The translations under genes were made by a program, and so were the position numbers. DNA of 64,000 nt from Spirochaetota bacterium (GTDB lineage: Bacteria > Spirochaetota > UBA4802 > JAFGDQ01), in assembly GCA_043803405.1 (NCBI GenBank), contig JAZDKB010000006.1, positions 64,001-128,000 on the forward strand. Reading direction: 5' to 3'. Numbering within the stretch: the first letter of the stretch is position 1; every line of letters starts with the position of its first letter. This document shows positions 1-7,719 of the stretch, piece after piece. The notes beneath the pieces were generated by a model. That model did no database searches, had not been told where the DNA came from, and worked only from the letters and a program-made list of their open reading frames with translations.

Positions 1-327
1 ATAGTTGAAGCAATCAGAAAATTCAACAATGAAAGAATGCAGGAAAAGCTGCATACAATAGAAGTCGGGATCGGAATAAACGGCGGCGAAGTAGTTTATG
101 GAAGAATGGGGTCACAGGACAGGATGGATAACACGTGCATCGGCGACGCTGTCAATCTCTCAGCAAGGCTTTGCTCACACGCCGACGGGGGCAGTATACT
201 CATCACTAAAAAAACGGCCGCTACTGCGGACAAAGGAAAATTTCTGGGGAAAAGACTCGATCCGATCAGGGTGAAAGGGAAAGTAAAACCTGTTGAGATA
301 TACCAGATAACCGGAAAGAAAGGCTAA
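1..327 (+). CDS. Adenylate/guanylate cyclase (class III), C-terminal part; truncated by the window start
   Basis: GIGINGGEVVYG...IGDAVNLSARL...VKGK cyclase catalytic motifs. Confidence 0.85.
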   Translation: MVEAIRKFNNERMQEKLHTIEVGIGINGGEVVYGRMGSQDRMDNTCIGDAVNLSARLCSHADGGSILITKKTAATADKGKFLGKRLDPIRVKGKVKPVEIYQITGKKG

Positions 328-401
328 CTGTGCATCCCAAAACCTATATATCGCTGTATTTTTTATCGAGACAATATCACAATAGGTTTTAGGACACACT
401 C
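328..401. repeat. Small inverted-repeat element (MITE-like or bidirectional terminator) between convergent genes
   Basis: gtgcatcccaaaacctat (330-347) pairs with ataggttttaggacacac (382-399), 15/18; TAA on both flanks. Confidence 0.5.
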
Positions 402-937
402 TAACTGTGCGTCATATAATACTTTAATATATTTATAATCGAGGGAAAACAAATAACTTCAAAATTAATATCTTTTGGATGGATCAGCAATGCTTCCGCA
501 ACATCATCCGCCGGTTTAAGACCTGATAAATCATTCATGGGACAGACAAAGGCCATATCGCAGGTAAAATAACTGATCCCTTTAAATACATATTCATTTG
601 GGAAGGAAGCTAAAAACTTCATACTGCCTACGGACACACCCAGTTCTTCAAAAATCTCACGCTTAGCAGCATCTTCAGCGCGCTCCATGCAGTCCACAAA
701 TCCGCCGGGCAAATCAAAGAAACCGGACCTGGGTTCAAACTTACGTTTGGTTAGCACAATTTTGCCATCCATGGCTTTGAGAATTACTGCAACAGCAGTA
801 GCTGTATTTATGTAGAAATCAAAATTACAAGACGGGCAGGTAAACTTTTTTTTATTGTCGAATTTAAAACCGTGCCGGCCGCAGCGGGGACAATAAGAAA
901 AAACATTTAAAGGATGTGTTTTGGAAAATTTTTGCAT
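401..937 (-). CDS. NUDIX hydrolase with N-terminal zinc ribbon
   Basis: CPRC...CPSC plus Nudix box GGFVDCMERAEDAAKREIFEELG. Confidence 0.9.
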   Translation of the reverse strand: MQKFSKTHPLNVFSYCPRCGRHGFKFDNKKKFTCPSCNFDFYINTATAVAVILKAMDGKIVLTKRKFEPRSGFFDLPGGFVDCMERAEDAAKREIFEELGVSVGSMKFLASFPNEYVFKGISYFTCDMAFVCPMNDLSGLKPADDVAEALLIHPKDINFEVICFPSIINILKYYMTHS

Positions 938-984
938 GTTTTAGACAGTTTTTCGGGCATGGATTATAAAATGTATTTCCGACG

Positions 985-1374
985 CTATTTCGATTCAATA
1001 ATCGCGTTCATTTCTTTTCTTATGAACGCCGCGATTTCGCTTAGCGACTGCTTGTAGGGCTTTCTGTTGTTCTTGATGTTTTCGAAAAGCAATGCGCCCC
1101 TCAGCAGATTATCCAGGTCTTTTTCAGATACGCCTTTTGAATGAAGCTCCGCATGTTCGGTCGTATCCAGCACCAGGTTAAATTTCCTGGCGATTTCCTC
1201 CAGCAGTATTATCTCAATTGATATGTCGAGCAGGTCGCCTATTGAGTTCCCGATCCTCATCGCATTATACGCAAAGTTATCCGTAAGGAAAGAGTTGACG
1301 TTTATCTTTTTTACGATCAGCGCCGGCACTTCATGCTTTTTTAAATAGCTGTCCAGTATTTCTTTTCTTATCAT
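985..1374 (-). CDS. Hypothetical protein
   Basis: 129-aa ORF starting 2 nt after the TPR gene, with an AGGAG Shine-Dalgarno. Confidence 0.7.
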   Translation of the reverse strand: MIRKEILDSYLKKHEVPALIVKKINVNSFLTDNFAYNAMRIGNSIGDLLDISIEIILLEEIARKFNLVLDTTEHAELHSKGVSEKDLDNLLRGALLFENIKNNRKPYKQSLSEIAAFIRKEMNAIIESK

Positions 1375-1376
1375 AC

Positions 1377-2417
1377 CTATTCTCCTTTTAATGATTTTTG
1401 AATGTCGAGTTTAGCCTGCGCTCTCTGGCGGTATTCTTCGGCCATCGCGTGATCGGGATCTATTAATAGAACTTTATTGAATTCAGTTATAGCAGCCTTG
1501 TAATCGCCCTTGTCGTAAAGCGAGACACCTTTATTATAAATAGTACTTAATTGTTTACTGAGGATTACATTAATTTTTTCAAGATATTGTTCCGTTGCCC
1601 TGTACCCGGGTTCCATGTTATGAATGGACAAGAATGATGATCTTGCTTTGAAATAATCAGCATCGTTGAATTCCCCGACAGTAGTATTGTAAAAATTATC
1701 AAGATATATCCATCTTCTGGCATGGGTTAAAAGATCCCTGGACTCCCTGTCCCATGGGTTGTTATTAAGCGCAAGCTCGAACTGCTGCTGTGCATTGGCG
1801 TACTGTTTTTTAGCGTAATGTTCTTTTCCTTTCGCGCGGTATTTACGGCATTTCTCATCGAGCTTATCTTCAATTTTACTTTTTAACTGCGCGGCATCGG
1901 GACTTGACGGGTCAAAGAGAGCTGCTTTCAGATAAGCGTTATAAGCCTGAATATACTGCCTGCGGCCGTATAAACGCTCGCCCTGTTTAAGAGTTTCGTT
2001 CAGCCTGGGCACAAGCTTCTGCCTGCATTCCGTTATTTTTAAATCAACTGTCCCGTGATCCGGGTTGTCGGCCTTAACAAGCAGAAAATAGTTCAGGGCG
2101 TTTTCGTACTGACGCTGCTTCACGAACGCAAGGCCTTTGGCATAGTTGGCATTTGCTCTCTGGATCGCCTGCTTTTCCTTGCTCCTGATTATATTGTCCA
2201 GCATGGCCCAGTATTTTTTTGTGTCCCTGTAACCGGGCTCAATATCCATTACTGTTTTAAAACGGTCGCGGGCTCCCTCGTAATTTTTTTTATTGTAAAG
2301 CTCAATCCCTTCCTTATAGTTCTGGTTCCTCTTGTCTATTACGGATTTATAAAATGAAGAGCAACTCACAGAAAACAAAAACATAATTATAATAATTCCG
2401 TATTTACCTGTTCTCAT
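1377..2417 (-). CDS. TPR-repeat lipoprotein
   Basis: Signal peptide with lipobox-like FSVSC; repeated Y..G..LY....Y..A...F......P TPR units. Confidence 0.85.
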   Translation of the reverse strand: MRTGKYGIIIIMFLFSVSCSSFYKSVIDKRNQNYKEGIELYNKKNYEGARDRFKTVMDIEPGYRDTKKYWAMLDNIIRSKEKQAIQRANANYAKGLAFVKQRQYENALNYFLLVKADNPDHGTVDLKITECRQKLVPRLNETLKQGERLYGRRQYIQAYNAYLKAALFDPSSPDAAQLKSKIEDKLDEKCRKYRAKGKEHYAKKQYANAQQQFELALNNNPWDRESRDLLTHARRWIYLDNFYNTTVGEFNDADYFKARSSFLSIHNMEPGYRATEQYLEKINVILSKQLSTIYNKGVSLYDKGDYKAAITEFNKVLLIDPDHAMAEEYRQRAQAKLDIQKSLKGE

Positions 2418-2611
2418 ATATCCTTTATATTTTTTAATGATTTTGATTTTAGAATAATATTTTTAATCTGAAAGGCCACATATCACATTATCATAAAGTC
2501 AAAACAAATTCAAAGAAAAAGTCATATAAAAAGCCGCATAAGGCCGGTAATGCGTCAATAACTTTTTTTGATAAATAATAAGGGGCAGCAGATTAAATAA
2601 TCTATTTTCTT

Positions 2612-2639
2612 GAGATTTATCCCTTCGGTCGAAATGACA
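2612..2639 (-). repeat. REP-like half element TGTCATTTCGACCGAAGGGATAAATCTC
   Basis: Reverse complement closely matches 36121-36149. Confidence 0.55.
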
Positions 2640-2679
2640 TTATTTATTATTAATAAATTACTAGCCGCATATTATACAA

Positions 2680-2812
2680 ATCCTGATGCCGGCGCAACGG
2701 AGTGTGCATACGTTGCCGCAGAGCCGAGTATGATTCCCGCAGGTCGTGTATGGAGATATCGATACTGCGCCGCGGGGGCAGCACAAGAGAAGACGCGCTT
2801 CCGCAGCAGGAT
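2680..2812. other. GC-rich structured intergenic element (candidate ncRNA or MITE)
   Basis: Terminal IR atcctgatgc/gcagcaggat (9/10); inner stems gcaacg/cgttgc and cccgc/gcggg; AT-rich flanks. Confidence 0.45.
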
Positions 2813-2889
2813 GGAACAGATATTTTTTACTTGAAAGATAATGAATAACATTATTTTTGATAACCAAAAAGAAAGGTAATGGAAATAGT

Positions 2890-3276
2890 ATGGATACAGA
2901 AAATAAAAAGAAATACCCGGTATGGAACCGTATAATGGATATTGTTTTCCGGACAATTCATGTCGGAGTGATAAGCATTCTATTCGGAGGAATGGTATTC
3001 GGAGTGCCTCACCAACGATTAGTAATATGGGGATATCTTGTTATTATTACAGGATTCTTTCTTGTTGCTTCAGAAATATATCATCGGCTTCACTGGATAA
3101 ATCAAATTAGAGGAATTATGGTAATCTTACATGCCGGTCTTTTTGGGGTATTGCATTTTTATCCGGATTTGGCAATACCGTTTTTAACCGGGGCAATTAT
3201 TTTCGGTATGGCGGGCAGCCACATGCCTAAAAGATTTCGCTGTTATTCTCTTTTACATAAACGCATGTTAGATTAA
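2890..3276 (+). CDS. Hypothetical membrane protein (about 4 TM helices)
   Basis: Hydrophobic segments; ATG at 2890 preferred over the upstream TTG. Confidence 0.7.
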   Translation: MDTENKKKYPVWNRIMDIVFRTIHVGVISILFGGMVFGVPHQRLVIWGYLVIITGFFLVASEIYHRLHWINQIRGIMVILHAGLFGVLHFYPDLAIPFLTGAIIFGMAGSHMPKRFRCYSLLHKRMLD

Positions 3277-3336
3277 TATAAATGGAATTATGAAACCTGA
3301 ATATTTAAAATATTAAATTTATTGTAAACTGCTTAA

Positions 3337-4131
3337 ATGAATATAAATGAAAAAAATCCGGTTATAACGACCGGTGCCGGTGCATTAATCGGAACATTAG
3401 GAGGGCTTATTGGACTTGGCGGCGCCGAGTTTCGTTTGCCGCTTCTCATAGGCTTGTTTGGATACTCTGCTCTGCCGGCAGTCATATTAAATAAAGCGAT
3501 GAGCCTCGCAGTTGTAGCATCCGCTCTTCCGTTTCGGGCATCCGTTATTCCGTTTAGGGATATTGCTTCACATTGGAATATTATTGTTACGCTTTTAGCA
3601 GGAAGTCTTTTAGGAGCATGGTTTGGCGCGGATTTAGCTACTAAAATGAAGTCTCACACTCTTTACAGGGTTTTATCTATACTGCTGGTTGTGATAGCTG
3701 TGGTGCTTTTTTTCGGGCATAATCCTGCTGCTTCGTCTGACTATAGTCTTACCGGTTTATGGCGCATAGTTGCAGGAGTAATTGCCGGTTTTGGTATTGG
3801 AGTAGTCGCAGCGCTCATGGGAGTTGCAGGCGGCGAACTATTAATTCCAACTATAGTCCTTCTTTTTGGTGCCGATATAAAATTGGCCGGAAGTTTATCA
3901 CTTGCAGTGAGCCTTCCTACTATGATTGTGAGCTTTACCCGGTATAGCAGGGATCAGGCTTTTTCTGTTATTAAAAGCGAACGACGTTTTGTTGTTTTAA
4001 TGGTTATAGGCTCTCTTTGTGGATCTTTTATAGGAGGCTTATTGCTTAATATTATTCCAACAAGTATGTTGCTTCCTTTGCTTTCGGTGATCCTTCTTAT
4101 TTCTGCAGTAAAAATCTGGAACCATGCATAA
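3337..4131 (+). CDS. Sulfite exporter TauE/SafE (TSUP) family protein
   Basis: Duplicated GLIGLGGA / LMGVAGGELLIP motifs; multiple TM helices. Confidence 0.9.
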   Translation: MNINEKNPVITTGAGALIGTLGGLIGLGGAEFRLPLLIGLFGYSALPAVILNKAMSLAVVASALPFRASVIPFRDIASHWNIIVTLLAGSLLGAWFGADLATKMKSHTLYRVLSILLVVIAVVLFFGHNPAASSDYSLTGLWRIVAGVIAGFGIGVVAALMGVAGGELLIPTIVLLFGADIKLAGSLSLAVSLPTMIVSFTRYSRDQAFSVIKSERRFVVLMVIGSLCGSFIGGLLLNIIPTSMLLPLLSVILLISAVKIWNHA

Positions 4132-4217
4132 CTATCAAAAAATTTGATATCAGTTCAGGCAGGCTATTGCCCGTGTGTTTAATCAGAAGCAAGTAATCAA
4201 GCCTTCGATGCAGCAAT

Positions 4218-4371
4218 TCAGCATTCGCTTTCCGGCTGTCGCAGCGCACAGGCTAACGCATGATCGAAACAGAGAATGATAAGTAAGTTTCGAAACGCGT
4301 TCGGGAAGATGCGCGCTTTGCGTAATCCGCGTTCGCAGCAAAGGGCGTGGGAGCAGCACGGGCGCGCGGGG
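4218..4371 (+). repeat. 154-bp GC-rich direct repeat, copy 1
   Basis: 7 mismatches against 5309-5462. Confidence 0.95.
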
Positions 4372-4473
4372 TATTTATTTAATATTTTTTCATTACCGTA
4401 TAAAAGAATTGCAATAATCCGGAATAAATATATATTACTGTAAAATATGTATTTGTAATCCGGAGTTAAGCAA

Positions 4474-4782
4474 ATGACGATTGAAAATGAAATCGGCCTG
4501 ATAATAAAGCAACTCAAAGAAAATGTCGAAAGAAAATATCACATTGTTGACATGAAATTATTCGGTTCATCTGCGCGGGGTGATTCTTCAAAATCTTCAG
4601 ATATCGACATTTTAATTAAACTACCAATTGTAAACCGCAGTATTGAAGAGGATATTTTTGATATAGCATACGAACTGGAATTGGAACATGATTGTATTAT
4701 TGATGTAATCGTAGTGCCGGAAACTGTTAATATTAATATTCCTTTATATCATAATGTTGAAAAAGAAGGAATCGCGATTTGA
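4474..4782 (+). CDS. Minimal nucleotidyltransferase (MNT) antitoxin
   Basis: LFGSSARG...SDIDILI polymerase-beta motif; overlaps the HEPN gene by 4 nt. Confidence 0.9.
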   Translation: MTIENEIGLIIKQLKENVERKYHIVDMKLFGSSARGDSSKSSDIDILIKLPIVNRSIEEDIFDIAYELELEHDCIIDVIVVPETVNINIPLYHNVEKEGIAI

Positions 4783-5186
4783 CTAATGAAGAAAAAATCA
4801 TACTTATTAAGTATCGGTTGGAACGCGCGGATGAATCGCTAAAAGCTGCTTCTTTAATGTTTGAAAATAATTTGTATATCCCCGCAATTAACCGGATTTA
4901 TTATTCAATGTTTTATGCTATCCAGGCATTGCTTGTAATAAGTGAAAGTACTTTTACAAAACATGGCCAGGTCAAAGGTTACTTTAACCGTGCGTTTATA
5001 AAAACCGGAATTTTCCCGAAAGAATTCGGCAGGCTTTTCAATACCGTATTTGAATACCGGCAAAAATTTGACTATGTAGATTTGGTTTTACCAGGGAGAG
5101 AACTTGTATCAGATTATATAATCGAAGCAAAACGATTTAATGAAAGAATTTCACTATATTTGAACAACAAATTAACAAACCTTTAA
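4779..5186 (+). CDS. HEPN domain protein (toxin partner)
   Basis: NRIYYSMFYA...KHGQV...RQKFDY signature; coupled to MNT. Confidence 0.9.
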   Translation: MTNEEKIILIKYRLERADESLKAASLMFENNLYIPAINRIYYSMFYAIQALLVISESTFTKHGQVKGYFNRAFIKTGIFPKEFGRLFNTVFEYRQKFDYVDLVLPGRELVSDYIIEAKRFNERISLYLNNKLTNL

Positions 5187-5308
5187 GTGATTAAAATAAA
5201 TTTCCTGCCATTTTATAAATTCTAAAAATATTGAATAGCAACTGTTGCTTCTCCGGTTACCTGTTTTTTGCTTGTAATGCTCGCTGCCAGGTCATCGATG
5301 CAACAGGA

Positions 5309-5462
5309 TCAGCATTCGCTTTCCGGCTGTCGCAGCGCACAGGCTAACGCACGATCGAAACAGAGAATGATAAGTAAGTTTCGAAACGCGTTCGGGAAGA
5401 TGCGTTCTTTGCGTAATCCGCGTTCGCAGCAAAAGACTTGGAAGCAGCACGGGCGCGCGGGG
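5309..5462 (+). repeat. 154-bp GC-rich direct repeat, copy 2
   Basis: 7 mismatches against 4218-4371. Confidence 0.95.
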
Positions 5463-5507
5463 AGTACAGGCTATCTTAACTGGTAAATATTTTTGTTTCA
5501 ACACATT

Positions 5508-5573
5508 AAACATAATACCTTTGCTTTCGCGTCGGCCGACACCGCAGGTGGCGGCTGGTACGTCAGTACGGGG
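5508..5573 (+). repeat. GTCGGCCGAC-core dispersed repeat, copy 1
   Basis: aaacataatacctttgctttcgcgtcggccgacaccg...ggtggcggctggtacgtcagtac; homologous to 32592-32640 and 33286-33355. Confidence 0.85.
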
Positions 5574-5827
5574 ATTCTATTACACCTTCAATTATTTCAT
5601 TAAGTTTTTTTTACTTTAATGACCCCAGCTTTATAAAGAATTATTTTTAAATCAGCCGTAAAATTTTTTTATTAATTTCTTTGTTACGATCCCCATCCAT
5701 TTTACGCTTATATGCAAATTCTGAAAAACATTATTTGTGGTGATTTGTCCGGAATCAGAGCTCATTTCCAAAGATAATTCTATCAGAAAGAAATTATTAT
5801 CAATTTTAAATTATTTAGGAGGATAAT

Positions 5828-6598
5828 ATGAAAAACTGTGTCAAATTATTCGTCATATTGTTTTGTTTATCGTTTGCGATGATCGGATGCGGCGGCGGAG
5901 GCAGCGGCGGCGGTTCCGGTGGGTCTATTCTAACCCTGCCTGAGCTTGAAGATGTAGAGGGTAATAAATATGGTACATGCATGATAGGCAATCAATTATG
6001 GATGGCGGAAAATCTTCGCACTATATCCTTCCGCGACGGGTACTGGATGCTGACCGGACCTTTTGACAGTGTAGAATGGGCTAGCGCCGGAGCAGCCACT
6101 TGCGTATATCCGTACGATGCAATTGGTTTAGATTCAGCTGCAGCGGTAATTGAAGCCTATGGAAGGCTTTACAACTGGTATTCAGTGAATGACAGCAGAG
6201 GCCTTTGCCCTGAAGGGTGGCGCGTACCCACTGAAGAGGACTGGCTGGAACTTATCGACTACCTCGGAGGAGAGGAAGTTGCAGGAGGTAAACTGAAAAG
6301 TTACCGTACTGCTCCCATTTCCAATCATCCGCGCTGGGAAAGCCCCAATACCGGCGTTACCGGTGACTATCGTTTTAATGCACTTCCAGGAGGTTATCGC
6401 ACAGGGCTTACCGGTTTTTTTGATGAAGTTGGCTACTATGCATCATTCTGGAGCAGTACGGAATTTGAGACTACTTTTGCAGGTACAATGTCTCTTGACT
6501 ACAGTAGTACTTTTGCGGATTATGGTTATAGTCATAAAAGGGCTGGTTATTCGGTACGTTGTATATGCGGCGACGGAGGAGGAGTAGTCGCTCCGTAG
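5828..6598 (+). CDS. FISUMP (Fibrobacter succinogenes major paralogous domain) lipoprotein
   Basis: Lipobox AMIGC and Gly-rich linker; IGNQLWMAENL, YGRLYNW, LCPEGWRVPT, ALPGGYR, FWSST, GYSVRC motifs. Confidence 0.92.
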   Translation: MKNCVKLFVILFCLSFAMIGCGGGGSGGGSGGSILTLPELEDVEGNKYGTCMIGNQLWMAENLRTISFRDGYWMLTGPFDSVEWASAGAATCVYPYDAIGLDSAAAVIEAYGRLYNWYSVNDSRGLCPEGWRVPTEEDWLELIDYLGGEEVAGGKLKSYRTAPISNHPRWESPNTGVTGDYRFNALPGGYRTGLTGFFDEVGYYASFWSSTEFETTFAGTMSLDYSSTFADYGYSHKRAGYSVRCICGDGGGVVAP

Positions 6599-6627
6599 AC
6601 CTAAGCATTCAATTAAAAACATGGAAG

Positions 6628-6669
6628 ATCAGGGACCGCGATTGCTTTTTGTATTAACGGATCCCTGAT
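6628..6669 (+). terminator. Hairpin after the FISUMP gene (probable terminator)
   Basis: atcaggga-ccg ... cgg-a-tccctgat inverted repeat. Confidence 0.45.
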
Positions 6670-6885
6670 TATTTAAAACTACAGGACAGGTAATCTATGT
6701 ACCTGAATGGTTTAAGGCAGCAGTAATATAAAATTATTATATTGCTTAAAGAAAATTATCAAACCTCCTTCTACCGTCACCTATGCTTCGTTGGATAGTT
6801 TTTCGCTGTGTTAGGGCAGGGCGATGGTTGAATTGCCTGGTAAAAAGAGATAGCAGATGTATAAAGCAGAAGGGAGATAAATATG

Positions 6886-6914
6886 TTGACAAATGAGTGA
6901 CACGAGAGTATCTT
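6886..6914 (+). promoter_or_regulatory. Sigma70-type promoter of the TA operon
   Basis: TTGACA-17 nt-TATCTT, 30 nt before the ATG at 6945. Confidence 0.6.
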
Positions 6915-6944
6915 TCTGTTATAAACGTATTATCGAGGCAACAA

Positions 6945-7226
6945 ATGAAATTTATTACAGTCAGAGATTTAAGAACCACTCCGGCAAAGATATGGAAAGA
7001 TTTGCCGGATGAACAGGAAATGGTAATAACCAATAACGGTAAACCAATTGCTCTTTTAACTCCTTTAACTGACTCTGATATGGAAGATACATTGTCAACA
7101 ATAAGAAAGGCGAGAGCGGGCAGCGCAATCAGTAAAATGCAATTTTCTGCAATTAAAAATAATCTGTCTGATATGACATCGGAAGAAATTGAAAAAGAAA
7201 TAAAAGCAGCCAGAAAAAATAAATGA
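6945..7226 (+). CDS. Phd/YefM family antitoxin
   Basis: MKFITVRDLR...MVITNNGKPIALL; GAGG Shine-Dalgarno; ATGA overlap with the PIN gene. Confidence 0.88.
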   Translation: MKFITVRDLRTTPAKIWKDLPDEQEMVITNNGKPIALLTPLTDSDMEDTLSTIRKARAGSAISKMQFSAIKNNLSDMTSEEIEKEIKAARKNK

Positions 7227-7633
7227 AAATTGTCTTAGACACTAATGTCTTAATTTCTGCTTTATTAAATCCTGAAGGAATCCCCGCGGTGTTGTTAAGT
7301 TTAATTGTTAACGGTAAGTTGAAATTACTCTATGACAATAGAATATTATCAGAATATTTTGAGGTTTTAAACCGCAAAAAGTTCAATTTCAAATCTGAAT
7401 GGATAGAGCCTCTGATCGATTTCATTAGAAATGAAGGTGAATTTATAATTGCTAATCCGGTTTTCAAATCATTTAAAGATAAAGATGATATAAAATTTTA
7501 TGAAGTAGCCAAATCCGGTAACGCAAAATATATAATTACCGGAAATATAAATCATTTCCCAAAAGAAGATTTAATTAAAACTCCTGCTGAGTTTTTAAAT
7601 ATTTACACAAGAATAAATAAACAAAATAATTAA
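7223..7633 (+). CDS. PIN-domain (VapC-like) toxin
   Basis: MKIVLDTNVLISAL...DKDDIKFYEVA...IITGN. Confidence 0.9.
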   Translation: MKIVLDTNVLISALLNPEGIPAVLLSLIVNGKLKLLYDNRILSEYFEVLNRKKFNFKSEWIEPLIDFIRNEGEFIIANPVFKSFKDKDDIKFYEVAKSGNAKYIITGNINHFPKEDLIKTPAEFLNIYTRINKQNN

Positions 7634-7719
7634 AATTCCGGAATTAGCGCATATGGTTAAACAAAGTATTTTTTTACTGCCGGTTTTAGCGCCAGCCAAC
7701 TTTCTTAACTTTAAGTTTA

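Noticed and set aside
2680..2812. Cobalamin riboswitch (GCCCCCGC and GGGAA on the minus strand)
   Set aside because: Lacks ACTGT, the B12 box and the correct motif order.
4218..5513. Short ORFs 4218-4517(-), 5268-5486(+) and 5292-5513(-)
   Set aside because: They arise from the GC-rich 154-bp repeats, have different starts and ends in each copy, and lack an RBS.
5828..6750. Complete diversity-generating retroelement
   Set aside because: No reverse transcriptase, Avd or template repeat in the window.
6819..6870. Fluoride riboswitch (GGCGATGG...GCC)
   Set aside because: The downstream GCTRATGAC element and pseudoknot partner are missing, and the element lies upstream of the TA promoter.
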